64,000 bases of DNA from Blasia pusilla. Its lineage: Eukaryota. The stretch is from assembly GCA_050084515.1 (NCBI GenBank), contig CM114271.1, forward strand, positions 7,068,001 through 7,132,000, read 5' to 3'. This document shows, piece by piece, positions 37,104 through 51,378 of the stretch. The number at the start of each line of letters is the position of its first letter. Position 1 is the stretch's first letter. The notes below the pieces were generated by a model that was not told the origin of the DNA, made no database searches, and saw only the letters and a list, made by a program, of their open reading frames with translations. The translations under genes and the position numbers were made by a program.

Positions 37104-38199
37104 AACGAGATGTGGGAGAAAAAGAGGAATACGGTCTACAATCCAAAATATAGATACCCCCTCATAAAATGGAGGTTCAAAGAGAGAGACTTAAACTACG
37201 CTTTTCAAGTGGTACACATACATATTCTTCCATAAAATGGACTTGTAAGAGCATCCATGCCATGCACTGGCATTAGTATGAAGGGTGATGAGAGACGAGA
37301 AAGAAATGTGCAAGCCTACTCACAAACTTGAGCAACTTCACTCTCCTTGGTTCCCTCCCGATTTGGCACCAATTTGGTGTTTTGGCTCTCCACTCCACCT
37401 TCTTAGGCTCTATTATGCTCTCCCCTTACACTTTCTCCTCCGCATTCAACCTCCACACTTTCTTCTCCAAATTAGAGAAATGGCATTGGCACGTTTATTT
37501 ACACTTAGGTTTGTAGGAATGATAACACGAATAATGAGAAAACAACTTCGAAGGTAGACAAAACATTTTTTTTGCGTGGTTTTTTCCTCGAAGAGTTACC
37601 CTAGGATTAGGCTTGTGGGAAGTGCATCAAATCACACATTTGAAGCATGATAGAACATTTTTGTGAGGAGATGATTTATCTTGGTCTTATTCCTAGAATT
37701 ACGTTTGTGGGAAGTGGCTTCACTTCTTTTTGAGGCCACTTTTCCACCATAAGTAACACCCCATCCTTTGATTATAGTATAGGTGTGCGCCATAAAAATG
37801 GGGTGTGGCAAAAGCTCACCCACCATTTCCTTGCCTTTGGCTAGCTGTCCTCCAAAAGGTCCACACCGAAGTTGCGTGCTTGGGCACCAGCAGCAGCTCA
37901 AGCGATTCTTCTCCTCCTCCTATTATTCCCACTTCTACGACTGCTACTGCGGCCTGCCTTGGATGTGGTTGTTGCTGTCGGTGGTGGTGTTGCACGAGAT
38001 GCCGAGTTCTGCTGCTACCCTTCATAGTAGGGTAGCAGCAGCAGGGAGAGACTGCCGCTACAGGGAGAGAACATTGCCTCCCCCCCCCACCCCACAGCTC
38101 TCTCGCAGCAGCTATGTTCTGCGTCGCAGAACATAGCGTCTGTCCTACCTTTCCTACCTTCATGCCTATTCCTACATTGGTGGGTTGGGTTGGGTCGAG

Positions 38200-38235
38200 T
38201 CTGGTTTAGTCTGGTCTGGTCTGGTCTGGTCTGGT
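38200..38235. repeat. (TCTGG)n microsatellite upstream of KEG
   Basis: Direct reading of the sequence. Confidence 0.8.
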
Positions 38236-39263
38236 CCTGCTTATCAGTGCCACCACCACCCACTGATCATTTTGTGTGGTTGCTTGTCTTGTCTTTGACC
38301 ACCTGTTCTGTCCTTTTCTCTTTTTTTTTTTTTTCTCTCTTCACAACACATCATCCTCCTGTTCACCATCTCCTCTCTCCCTCTCCATGTGTGAGTGCGT
38401 CGTCCGATTTTCACAATTTCCGTCACTGGGAATATCAAGGCCTCTGGGTCTCACAGGGTCGCTTGCTTGATTGGAAGCTGGCAGGCTCTAAAGGAAGGAG
38501 GGAGTCAAAAGAAGTAGTGAGTTGAGGGGGGAGGGTGGGCAATGATCCTCATCCCATCACCCCTACTGCTGCAACTTCTAACCTGTGTGCCACTATACAA
38601 CCAGACGGAAGGAGGCGTCTGTATGTCTGATGGTGGGGTTCCTATAGCCTCTTCTTGCCGGAAGGCTGCAGCAACTGCAATCCATGTGTGGTTTGTGCTG
38701 CAAATGGACGAATCAGGAAGTTTGACATTGTGGGATGGGTTTGCGCTTGGCCGCATCGGCTCAGCAGCAGCATAGATGCTGGGAATAGCTGGAAAAGCTG
38801 GGTGTGAGTCTTCTACCTTCTGGCTCACTCTCCTTAGTGGAAGGTCGTTGTTTGGATGCTTTACACCCGGGTGGGATTCTTCGGAAGTGTCTGGATGGGT
38901 GCCGCACAAGGAAATAGTGTTGTTTGATGTTTTGTGTAACTGATGGATTTGGGATGATTGTATTTCATAATGAAAACTTATGAGGAGGATAAAATCACCA
39001 GTGTAGCTGTAGAAAGCTGGAAGCGTCGACATGAGGGAAGTGGTAAGAAGAATCAGCTTCTCAGATGGCATAGCGTACGAGGTACATTTGAGGAAGCGAG
39101 GTATCGACCGAGTTTCACTTTGAGCACAGGTGCTGAGGAGAATCGCTGTACAGGTATCGGTGCGGGAAAGTTGGAAATTGTGAGAATCTTGCCACCTTCC
39201 CCTTATCTGTAAACCCAACTGGTCTGGAACTACCGCGAGCAAGAATTCGGCGCAGGAAGGAAG

Positions 39264-42200
39264 ATGAAGTTTCCGGCATGTTCGGTCTGTCAGATGACTT
39301 ACAATGAGGATGACCGAGTGCCGATGATGCTGCAGTGTGGCCACAGTTTCTGCAAAGAATGTCTTGCCCACATGTTTGCCGTTTGCACCGATCACACGCT
39401 GCTCTGTCCCCGGTGCCGACAACCATCCAAAGTGGGGAATAGTGTGGAGGCTCTGCGTAAAAACTTTGGCATGCTGTCCCTCATTCGGAGGGCGTCCTCG
39501 GATTGTGGTGCGGAGGATGACTCGGACGACGATGAAGAGCTGACGGATTGCGCTTCCAATCCGTATTCTGATCGTTCTCGAAGCAATACGCCTCAGGCTA
39601 GCCCTGGCTGGGCGCCTGTGTGTGGGGGTATTACTGTGGATCTTGGCTCTCACTGTCTCCGTTTGGTACGTCCTTTGAGCGACGGGCCACGCCAGGGCCA
39701 GGACGTCTGGGCAGGTCTTCTTACTGGAACAACTGGATGCAAGCACAAAGTGGCCGTGAAGAGGGTAGATATGCCAGAGGGAATGGAGCTGGAGTGGATT
39801 CAGAGCAAAATGGAGGGATTAAGGAGGGCTGCGATGTGGTGTCAAAACGTGTGCACACTATATGGTGCTTGCACGAAAGATGGCAAACTCTGCATTATAA
39901 TGGACAGGTACTTCAGCTCGGTGCAAGCCATGATGCAACAAAACGAAGGGCGCCTCACTTTGGAGCAGATTCTCAGGTAGCCTTAGTGTGAACCCGCAAA
40001 CCGTTTGACGCCCTACTTGAAATGGTACAGGATTAGGAAACTCGTCACGCTCAAAAGTGCGCGTATAACTTTGAAGTCCCTTTCCAACTTATTTGATCGT
40101 TTCTGCCATGTTCAACGATAGCCACCACACGCTTGCCATGATGTTTACTGGCGGGTGAACTCTAGCATTAGCGCAAGCTTCTTGCCTGTATCACGACAGC
40201 TCAGTTCGGGAATGCTGTTTACTATGGAGATGGACCCCAGACCGCTGTGCAGAAGTGGCAAGGGAAATCAAGGAAATTTAGGAGTACCGAGTTTGGTGAA
40301 GGAGTAGATTTGATTGGTTAGGGGCACTTGCTTCCTGCAGAATTTGATTCAAATAGAGGTAGCCTGGAATGCTGTCTCTGGTTGTTTCCTAGATGCTATT
40401 TGAAAACCTTGACTGTACTCTTGGCAATGAAGGATGTAGGGTCTTGCTGGTTGTGAAGTCCATAAAATGTTCTCTATGACAAAGGTATTCATCATGCAGA
40501 TATGGCGCAGACATTTCACGAGGGGTTGCTGAGTTGCATGCAGCTGGAGTTGTGTGTATGAATTTGAAACCCTCAAACCTTTTGTTGGACATCAAGGGAC
40601 GAGCTGTCGTTGGTGACTTTGGCCTTCCAGAGATTCTGAAGAAGCCACAATGCAAGAAGGCTCGGTTTTCTGCTGGTGATGAAACTGCAACACTCATGCA
40701 CTCTTGCATTGATTGCACAATGTTAAATCCCAATTACATGGCTCCTGAAGCTTGGGAGCCTCTGCGGAAGTCATCTTTGAACCTTTTCTGGGAGGACGCT
40801 GTTGGTATGTCAGCTGAATCAGATGCTTGGAGTTTCGGATGCACACTTGTGGAGATGTGCACGGGAGCAATGCCGTAAGTGAAACAGACTGAGAATTCTG
40901 GTTGAAGCTGCTCTGTTAGTCTCACTGAAGAACTTAAAGCACTGGGTCATTGTATCTCATTCAATTTCCATGATCACAGGTGGGCTGGCTCAAGTTCGGA
41001 TGAAATCTACAGATCTGTTGTTAAAGCTCGACGTCAGCCACCACAGTATGTCGGAATTGTGGGTGGTGGAATACCAAGAGATTTGTGGAAAATGATTGGA
41101 GAGTGCTTGCAGTTTAAACCATCCAAAAGACCAGCATTTCATGCCATGCTTGCGATATTTCTGCGGCATCTGCGAGAAATGCCTTTAAGTCCACCACCAA
41201 GTCCAGACAAGTATGAACCTTCTGTTGATAGCCTTTCTTCAGTTCGTTTTACATTTTGTTATGTTCTGTTTGATGTCATCTGTTTTAAGGATTTGCATAT
41301 TAGAATCCTGTAACCCTCGAAAGATCAGATTTGTTGTAGGTTCGACACCTAGGGTTGATGGTTATCTTTAAATGGAGGTTTTGGAGTAGGAGGTCGGTTA
41401 AGGTGCTCCTGGCTTTCAAGCAATTCTTTTGATGAAAATGGCTGTATTTTTGTCGCTTGTACTTGGAAGTTTACATGGTTGTCCGGTTGGTTTATTTGAG
41501 GACTGCACAATTAACGATTTTACTTCACATGTTCACAGTGATCCAGTTAAGGAGGCGGAAGTAAGTGGTACAGAACCATCTCCATCGTCTCCTCTTGAAT
41601 TTGGGCAAATCACAGAGTCTTCTCTTCATCGCCTCGTAGGTGAAGGTGATACAGATGGGGTTAGGTGAGAACATCCATAGTCATGTTTCATTTTGATTTC
41701 AACAATTGTGTTTTGACTGTTTCAGAAGGTTTTGGAATGTCCGTGTTCATTCTTGAATTGTGGATGTGGTTGAGTTTAGGGATCTGCTTGGGAGAGCTGC
41801 AGCAGGGAAGACGGGAGCTTCTGTGGGTGATCTTCTGGAAAGTCGGAATGTGGAGGGCCAAACAGCATTACACATGGCAGCTATGAGAGGATACTCAGAG
41901 ATTGTCGAGGTTATACTTGAGTATCCGGAGGCTGATGTTGAGGTGCTGGACAAAGACGGGGACACTCCAATTGTCTTCGCTGTGGCATCTGGTACACCTG
42001 AATGTCTTAAAGCTCTAATTAAGAAGGGTGCAGATGTTAATGCAAGGTTGAAAGATGGGCTGGGACCTGCTGTTGCACATGTTTGTGCATTTCATGGGCA
42101 ACCTGATTGCATGCGGGTATGTATACGGTAACTCTCTGTTGGATCTAATGTGGATTACTAATTGTTGCAATTTGGGAGGCCGTATGGGTTGAATCTTGCT

Positions 42201-45200
42201 TTTAGGTACAATTGTTCAGGTAAACTGGCAAGCACCATCAGTGAAGCTTATAAATAACTGGACAGCCATTCCTGAAGTCTTGCCGATATGGTGTCAAATT
42301 GCAGGAGCTGCTTCTGGCTGGGGCTAATCCCAATAGTGTCGACGATGAGGGAGAAACAGTTCTTCACCGGGCAGTTACAAAAAGGCATACAGAATGTGCA
42401 ATTGTTATTTTGGAGAACGGAGGATGTGTTTCCATGGGTGTACAAAATGCAAAAGAACTCACGTAGGTGCCATCATCTTGGAGCACTTATCAACCACACC
42501 CTGACACCTCTTGAGAGCAGAGTAGCATGTTATTTTGTTTGCAGGTTTGATTAGGTGAATCCATCCTCCAACGATATTTTATGTGAAGTTGAAGAATCGT
42601 AGGTTTAAAGTGGAGGAGAAACAAAGTTCGTTTTATAGTGGGGTAATTGATGGTGACTTTTTTTGTTGGTCAGATGGAAGTTCTGACAAGTGATTGCATC
42701 TGCTCATCATTCCAGACCACTTCATTTGTGCACAGCGACAGCTAATGTGGCAGTTGTAAGAAAGTGGGTGGAAATAGCATCAAAGGAGCAGATAGAGGCT
42801 GCGATTGAGGTGCCCAGTTCTGTGAGTACTGCATTGTGTATGGCGGCAGCACTGAAAAAGGCCAATGAACAAGGTGGGTGGTTTCACTTGATTCCTTGGA
42901 TTGTAGCCAAATGGTCTGTGATTTAAACTCATGGTCCTTCCGTAAATTTCAAATGGGATAAGCTTACTACAGTCATAATTAGGTAGTGAAGGATTTCTCA
43001 AAAAGCGTTTTGTGAGTGGGAGTCCATGTTCAGCCTATGTGAGCAGCTTCTTCTACCTTTTCGTGTTATCTTGCAACTTGGTGTCGGCTTTAATGTGGAA
43101 AACCACACTGACCCTGCTTTGACCAGATCAATCTCAGTTTGAGGATTTTTGATATAGTCAGATTGCCACACTAACAGATTGAGTTAAAAAAACTTATTAT
43201 CTCTTACTGGGTGCAGAAGCACGTGAACTTGTCAAAATATTGCTGGCAGCTGGGGCCAATCCGAATTCGATGGATACACAACGTGGCCAAACAGCCTTGC
43301 ATGCAGCTGCTATTGCTAATGATGTTGAGATGGTAAAGGTAAGTAGAATTTAGAAGATGATGTAGTTTCCATCCTGTTCATAGTCTGTATATGGGTTTTA
43401 GGCAATGATGCTTATAAATATTTGACTTCAAAGTGGGCCAACTGATCTTTCTGTGTAGTGAGAATTTGCAGGCTATGGGGAGATCGTAAGCCTGTGTGTT
43501 CTGTTCCTGAAATGGGTGCAGATAATTCTGGAGGCAGGTGTTGATGTGGATGTGCGTGATATTCACACTACCACACCACTGCATGTGGCATTAGCAAGGG
43601 GATCTAAAGCATGTGTTGGACTTCTTCTACAACGTGGTGCAAATTGCAATTTGCAGGTATTTGTGGTAGAATATTAAAGAAAGTGGAATCTACTGTTCTT
43701 TCAGCTAAGTGTGAACCAGGATTGAGCAGAAATGTTGGAACTTGAGGGTTCTTGGAATGCAATGTCTGTATTATTGTCTGTATTGTTGATTTGATCATGT
43801 GGTGTACATTTGTTAGGATGATGAAGGTGACAATGCCTTCCATATTGCTGCGGATATGGCAAAGATGGTGAGAGAGAACTTAGATTGGATTGTAGTTATG
43901 TTGCAGCAAGCGGATGCAGCAATTGAAGTCAAGAATCACAGGTTTATGTCATGACTTGTACCTCCGGGATTCCACTTTGTCTTGGTGCTGCATGCCAATG
44001 ATAGGAATGGGAGTAGTGACTGCTTTATGTCTGTTTCTCAATTTTATTGTGAGGTTTCTGTTGGATAGACCCACATACCACAGGAGAAGGTCGGGAAACA
44101 GGGAAGAACTCACCGTTCTCACTTTTTTGACAGAATGTCATAGCCTTGATTTTTCCTTCACTTGAATTGCTGATCACTAGCTATCAGATAAAATTTTACA
44201 TCGTAAGTCAGGGTTTAAGCAAGGAGCTTATGAATTTTATCAGGACAGTTTTTGGAGTACTGTTGAGTTAAGAGCACTGCTTTTGTCTGCTTAGTGGTGG
44301 AAATTTGGAAGAGTATGCTTGATGTTGTCCGCTATGCAATTTTTGTTTGAAATTCCAAAAGAAATCTGCTAACCTTTGGTTCATGATCTTGACTTGGGAA
44401 TTTGAGTGCAGTGGGAAAACATTAAGAGATCTGCTGGAGGCTTTGCCTAGGGAGTGGATTTCAGAAGACTTGATGGATGCACTTTCAGTGAAAGGAATCC
44501 AGCTATCACCAACTATGTATGTCGATTATCATTCTCTATTTCAAGGTTTGACTTTTCTTGGAGAAAGTGCTGTGATGTGAGTACAGAAAAGTGTAAATTA
44601 ACATCTGAAGATATTTCTGTTTGGTTTTCCTGTTTCTGTTTATGTGTTTGAATTTGATATCAGGAACGGAGTGCTTAGTCTTTCAAAGATAAGCTTTTCG
44701 ATCTGTGAAGGAAAAGAAATTACCAGAAATTTCTCATATTATTCCATTTGTGCAGTTTTGATCCAGGAGACTGGGTAAAGTTCAAGAGAAGTATAATAAC
44801 ACCTACCTTTGGCTGGCAAGAAGCCAGGCCAAGAAGTGTGGGTTTCGTTCAGACTGTGGTGGATAAGGGAGATCTCATCATTGCGTTTTGTACGGGAGAA
44901 GCGCGGGTTACAGTTGATGAGATAGTGAAAGTTGTTCCCCTTGACAGAGGCCAACACGTCAGGCTCAAATCTGATGCTAAGGAGCCCAGGTACTTTGTCT
45001 GCAAATTTGAAGCTTCATTATACTTGCTAAAGGCTGTAAAGATTCCAAATAAGAGACGATGAGACTTTCATAAGGTTTCCTCATAATGCACCTTGACTTG
45101 ATCTACTCTACTCCAACAATGCTGATGGGGATTCATGGAAGTCTTTTAACACCAGATATGTAGTGCACATTTCAAGTTGTGGTGTTCATTGAAAGAGTGG

Positions 45201-48200
45201 GTTTGAACTGAAGGCTTCACTGGATGTTGAACGTTTCAACACCGGGATTGCCGCAGGTATGGATGGCGTGGACAATGCCGGGATAGCATTGGAACAGTCC
45301 TGTGTATTGATGATGACGGAATCTTAAGAGTAGGTTTCCCAGGAGCATCAAGGGGTTGGAAGGCTGATCCTGCAGAGATGGAGCGAGTAGAAGTATTTGA
45401 AGTGGGAGATTGGGTCCGAATTCGCCCATCCCTAACTGCTGCAAAACATGGACTTGGTCCAGTGACCCCTGGGAGTATTGGAGTGGTGTATAGTAAGAGA
45501 CCAGATAACAGTTTACTGCTTGATTTAAGTTATCTTCAAGGGCCATGGCATTGTGAGCCTGAAGAGGTGGAACGAGTAGAACCTTTCAAGGTCAGTTCCT
45601 CAATCAAATCAACAATATGCTGGTCATGTCAGTGGGTGAAAATGATTTTAAAGAGAGATTGAAGAAGTGAGGGGTACTTGCATAGAAACAGCACTTCTTT
45701 CTTATTTCACTTGGTTTCATGTCTCTGTATGCCATTTAGGTGGGAGATCGGGTTTGTGTGAAGAGATCTGTTGCTGAGCCAAGATATGCATGGGGTGGAG
45801 AAACACATCATAGTGTGGGAAAAATAAGTGAAGTCAGTAGTGATGGCTTGCTTATGATTGATATCACGGGCCGACCAATTCTTTGGCAAGCAGATCCAGC
45901 TGACATGGAAAAGGTGGAAGATTTTAAGGTAATGTACCACTGCACTCTGAAGAAGTGTTGCCCAATCAGCTGGAAGGCTTGTGAGGAATATGTTTTCAGG
46001 AGCTTTTTGTGAACTTTGAGATATTATGAAGGTACAAGAGCTGTACTTCTGTGTGGGAATAATTATTTCTGAAGTTTGAGTGGGAGTTGTGCTTGATCTC
46101 GCAGAGATGGAGAGTGTTTATCATCCCTCTTGCTAGATGGGGAGTCATTATCTTCTCTTGGACATACCAGTCAGAGTCAAGAAAACTAAGACTTCCTTCC
46201 TCCAGTTTTCGTCTGTCCTATAATAGCAATCTTCATAATGTGAATCAGGGTGTTTTTCATCTTCTTTTCAAATGGGCTGACAATGCATTGTCCCTGTCAT
46301 GTCAGTATGGCTGAGTGCTTCTACTCTTAGAGCATTGCTTTAAATTCCCATGTGTCTAGTTTGGTCTATGGCTTTATTTGTAGTCTCAATTCTTTGATCT
46401 ATGTGGTCTATCTCTCATGGTGCGGTGAGTAAGATAACGAGATGAGTTTTTCTCAATTATTCCTTTAGTATTAGAACGCATTAGAATTCTTTGGTTCCAT
46501 ATGGAACATGGAAAAGTTCAAATTCACACAATGTAGGTCTTGCTTAAAATAAAGGTCCAGTGTATTGTTTCTATGGTTTGTATGTTTCTGAGTCAAATTG
46601 ACCAAGGAAAGAAGGGAATGGAGAAAAAGGAGTAGATGAATGAAGGAACGAATGAATGAAGTGGTGATTTGTTGTGGACGGGAAAGCAAAGATGACAGGG
46701 CCTCAAGGTCCTATCAGCATTTCTTCCTAATCTCAGTGGAGATATATCAAGTTAAAAAAATTTGGGAAAAGAAGTCTTTTAGGATGAAGAGTGTTGGACC
46801 CGTTTTTTATCTTTCTGACCCTAAATGCCTGCACTATATAACTTTCAGGATTTTAGGATGGAAATTCAGACCTGGTGTTCACAGTTCTCACTATAACTGT
46901 ACCTTGTTAGGTTGGAGATTGGGTCCGAGTGAAACCATCTGTTCCATCCCCAAAATATGGTTGGGAGGATGTTACAAGAGGCAGCATTGGTGTGGTCTAC
47001 AGTCTTGATGAGGATGGTGATGTTGGTGTTGGTTTCTGCTTCCGAAGCAAACCATTTTCCTGCTCTATTACTGATATGGAGAAGGTGAATCCTTTTGAAG
47101 TTGGCCAAGAAGTACATATAACATCAACTGTGACTGAACCACGCTTAGGTTGGTCTGGTGAGACTTCCGCAACAACAGGGAAGATTGCTAGGATTGACAT
47201 GGATGGCACTCTTAATGTAAGTACAAAAGATACTATTGGATGTTTACCAGCTCAACTTGTAACTGCTCTATGTTTGGTAAATGCGGAAACACATTAGTAT
47301 TTTTAGTGACTTCCAGCCACAGAAATACACATCTGTACTGGACAATGGTTGCAATGGGATGCTCATTGGTGGAGGAAACAATTCAAGAGGAACGAAGACA
47401 AATGTCAGTATTTGCCCTCGATTCTCCTTAAATATTGACTCACTTGCGATGAGAAGTTACCAATGTCAGAAGTGTCTCTGTGTTTTTCTGTACAAGTTCC
47501 TTCGAGGGTTGCCCTAAGAGTAGATGGTAAAATGATTCTGAGAATCAGATCTGGTTTGGTGTGGTGGGATGGTTTGTGCTGGCCTGATATATCAGCTCTC
47601 CTTTTCTGGTTTTTGTTTGTACCTGGTCTGTGGAAATGAGACTTAATTCTAGTAGTCTGTCTGTCTGTTTGTTAGGGTTTCTTCATGCTCAAGAGCCTGG
47701 ATTTGTTTCACTAGTCAAAGTCATCAAGATTTTTTTTGTGGGATGTTAACAGGCTTTTCGTCTTGATGTGAATTGCCCAGGTGCGAGTGGCTGGGCGGAT
47801 TACCATGTGGAGGATCGCCCCTGGTGATGCAGAGCGGCTTTCGGGATTTGAAGTTGGAGATTGGGTGCGACTAAAGAGCTCTTCAGGCCTGAAACCCAGC
47901 TATGACTGGCATGGTGCAGGAAAGGAAAGTGTGGCTGTGGTTCACAGTATTTCTGATACTGGTTATCTGGAGCTGGCTGGTTGTTTCAGATCCGGCCGAT
48001 GGATGACCCATTATTCAGAGGTAGAAAAGTTCGTGCCTCTCAGGGTGGGTCAGCATGTCAAATTTAGAGTAGGAATAACTGAACCCCGGTGGGGTTGGAG
48101 AGGAGCTTCACCGGATTGTAAGGGAGTCATTATTGGTGTCCACGCCGATGGGGAAATAAGGGTTGCTTTTGCTGGACTCACTGGCCCTTGGCGGGGTGAT

Positions 48201-49052
48201 CCAGCTGATCTGGAGAAAGAAGAGATGTTTGATGTAGGGGATTGGGTTAAGGTGCGCGAAGATTTAGTCGAGCCTAGGTATGGTTGGAAAGGTATGAGGC
48301 CAGGTAGTGTTGGAGTGGTACAGGGGATATCTTATGAAACTGAAGGAGAGGGAGAGGGACGGCCTATTCTCGTTGGCTTCTGTGGAGAACAAGAAAGATG
48401 GTTGGGTTTACAGTCAGAAGTAGTGAGAGTGGAACAGATTCGAGTTGGCCAGCAAGTCCAAGTCAAGGCCTCGGTAAAACAACCAAGATTCGGTTGGTCT
48501 GGACATACCCATGGTAGTTTAGGTACTGTTACATTAATTGATGCAGATGGAAGGCTTAGATTGCACTCGTCAATTGGCTCGCAAAAGACATGGATGCTGG
48601 ATCCAGCAGAGGTGGAAATCGTAGAGGAACAGCCGATCTGTATAGGGGATTGGATAAGAGTGAAGAAGTCGGTTCCCACACCAGTCCACCAATGGGGAGA
48701 AGTCACACACAAGAGCATTGGCGTAGTGCACAGAATTGATGATGACGGGGATTTATGGGCAGCTTTTTGTTTCTTGGAAAGACTCTGGGTGTGTAAGCCA
48801 GCAGAGATGGAGAGGGTAGGTGCATTCAAGATTGAGGACGTGGTGAGGGTGAAGAGGACAGTCATTACTCCAAGATGGGGCTGGGGTATTGAGACATATG
48901 CTAGCAGGGGAGTTGTTACTGGTGTGGATGCAGATGGAAAATTGAGAATACGATTTGCACGACGAGAGGGCCGACTGTGGGTTGGTGATCCCGCTGATGT
49001 GGAACTGGATTGTGACACCTGCAGTGAGAACCAATCCCCAACACTGGAATAG
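39264..49052 (+). CDS. KEG: E3 ubiquitin-protein ligase KEEP ON GOING (RING-HC, kinase, ankyrin repeats, HERC2-like repeats), 16 exons, about 1639 aa
   Basis: GT-AG exons with consistent phase: 39264-39976, 40500-40874, 40980-41210, 41539-41664, 41780-42116, 42305-42462, 42716-42873, 43217-43338, 43522-43656, 43817-43941, 44412-44516, 44756-44989, 45257-45590, 45740-45928, 46911-47216, 47781-49052 (sum 4920 nt). Motifs: RING CSVC..CGHSFCKEC..CPRC; kinase VAVK, CMNLKPSN, GDFG, YMAPE; ankyrin GQTALH; repeated F-VGDWVR...P-YGW. Confidence 0.96.
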
Positions 49053-49446
49053 GACCACAACTCTTCAAGAGTTTGGATTGCATGGCATAGAGATTATGCA
49101 AGTGTACTTGATTTCGTGAATAGGTGGTGGATTGTTGTTTCTGGTTGGCCTGCGATTTTTACCTCTCCTTTATAGTATCGATCAGCTCCTCGTCCCAAGA
49201 GATTTTAATCGCATTCCTACCAGGTCCATTTCCTACTTGGGAAATCTCATAAATTAGAATCTGGTGATTCCAGGATCACCGCCTGTACAGTTTCAGTGGT
49301 TACACTTGGATATTTCTCCCTATGTTGGCGGCTTCATATTGATGTGTATTTAACAGACAGAGAGATAGAGTAGGTTTACGATTGGTACGAGTTGCAGATT
49401 CAAGAATTTATATGAAAGAGAGACCATGGTGGTCCAGTGCTATTGT

Positions 49447-49490
49447 ACAAATTACTAGCCTGAGATCTAGCACTCAGGCTAGTAATTTGT
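49447..49490. repeat. Perfect 18-bp inverted repeat (8-nt loop) downstream of the KEG stop codon
   Basis: ACAAATTACTAGCCTGAG-atctagca-CTCAGGCTAGTAATTTGT. Confidence 0.9.
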
Positions 49491-49599
49491 GTAGCTATGC
49501 CCCCTTTAAATCGTGTAGATAGTGGATATATGGTGGAAATCTGACCCGGAAATCTGAACTAATTCTCATTCGGCCATTTGAAGAAAAAGAATGAGAAGT

Positions 49600-51300
49600 C
49601 CAACTTGGTCAAATTCGATACAAATCCTAATCTCTCTTTTAACTTCAATTTTGTGTATACATGCCTTGAAAAAAGGTGTAACACATACACCAATTTCATC
49701 CCCTCTTTAGTAGGGAGTACATGGTAGTAGATGATGTGGAAGTGATTCGGATGGCAAACAAGCATTCCAAAAGTCTGCCACAAAAGTATGATTCGAGTAT
49801 GTGTGCCCACGGATTTTCAAGGAGAGAAGTAAATGGGGTATTTCTCACTTAGGAGGTCTATACTCACAATTCAAGAACATTTTAATGGCTCTACTGATTG
49901 TGGTCACATGATTTCGACATTGATTTTGTCTTCATCTTTGTCCTTTGGAGTCAATAATGCAATATCCCTAGAAATAAGAGAATATTATGAAATCCTAGAG
50001 AATTGGCGAGATATATCTCTCCTCTTCTTCACTTATAGATCATATTGGATGGTACTTTGGTGAAGTTTTCTTGTTAGTCAAGTTGAACATGTTCATGATC
50101 TCCCACGAATAACCAATTCGCAAACTTTGACGCCCATTAAATTTTGAATTTCATATTCATCTCAAGCTTTATGACATTGGCATGAATCCACAAGGCAATC
50201 TCTTAATGGTGGCTGCCTGAATTTATGGTAGTTCTCAACAATGGAGCATAAGAAGCACTCGGCAAGAACCAATAGAGAAAGGTAAAAGCCTGAAATCCAC
50301 AAAGATAATTACGTTTCATTCAAAATCTCGATTGGTAGAGTATTTCTCCTTGCCTCACGACCTCGCTTGTTGGACTTCAATTAAAATGATGCGCTAATCA
50401 TACCTAGGTATAATATTTATTCATGTTGATTCATTTGAAAATTGTCAAAACCTTCAAAAGTATGGAATAATACTCTAGATTGTATGGAATATGGAATATA
50501 GTCTTCACAACAAATATAGAATTTGTTGAAGACCTTCCAAGATCCCGAACCTCAATTCATGACTTCTAGCCCTCCATTTATTCTTGATCTCATGATCACT
50601 ATGATGAATAAAAATTTGGAAATGAGGAAGTCTCACCATATAATGGATAACGTGACCAGATGGAGTAATAGATTCCATCTTGAATCCTAAAATTTTGAGT
50701 ACCATTATTTCACTCTACAACATATGCTCCAATACATGCGAATTGAAATGTTGAATTGTAAGCCTAGGAATTTCTTTAAAAGTAAACACTTTTTGTTCCA
50801 ACACTTGTTATTAACTTTGATAAGAAATTAGGACACGACTTCCAAAAAGGCATGGCCAGGCTTACAACACATTTGAAAAAGTGAGTTTCTAAACCTTGTA
50901 TTCTTAATCTTCTCACTTCTTATTAATCATGTAGAAAGAATAATAAATATCTATCATTATACCAAAACTATGATGGCTACTTTTGGGATTTATGGTCTTC
51001 ATACACCTTAATTGAAGATATCAATCTCTTTGAAAGGTCAATTTTGTGCAATTTTCAAACATTTACCATCCCTTGGCATCCTCAAACCATAATCATGTGT
51101 GTCCTACACATCCTCTTTTATATGATTGGTATCATAGCAATTGAGAGGTTTGCACAACATGGTACTTTTTAGAATGTTATTACGGTGAACCTTGCTCCAA
51201 AGGTTCATGGGAACCACCTATTCTTTCTTCAACAAGATTGGAAAGGCAAGAGGGTGAATTGGGGTTAATATATCCATTAATAGGAACAAGTAATCATAGG
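49600..51300 (-). pseudogene. Possible highly decayed CACTA (En/Spm)-like transposase remnant
   Basis: Only weak fragments in a plausible order on the minus strand (DVC.., LG..DGI..YSIW..LP, KSCDH, HPNHFHIIYYH). No termini found. Confidence 0.25.
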
Positions 51301-51378
51301 TTGCGATGGAGAAATTGGATGTTGATTGAATGAAGTATTGATGAAAATTGAATACAAGTATATATTCAAACCCAGGGG

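Noticed and set aside
38505-39746. 413-aa minus-strand ORF
   Set aside because: It is antisense to KEG exon 1 and its upstream region, has no recognisable domain, and starts at a non-ATG codon; most likely a shadow ORF.
40555-40580. KEG kinase catalytic loop reads CMNLKPSN instead of HRDLKPxN
   Set aside because: As I recall, Arabidopsis KEG has the same substitution, so it is a family trait and not a local novelty.
48332-49060. 242-aa minus-strand ORF
   Set aside because: Antisense shadow of the last KEG exon.
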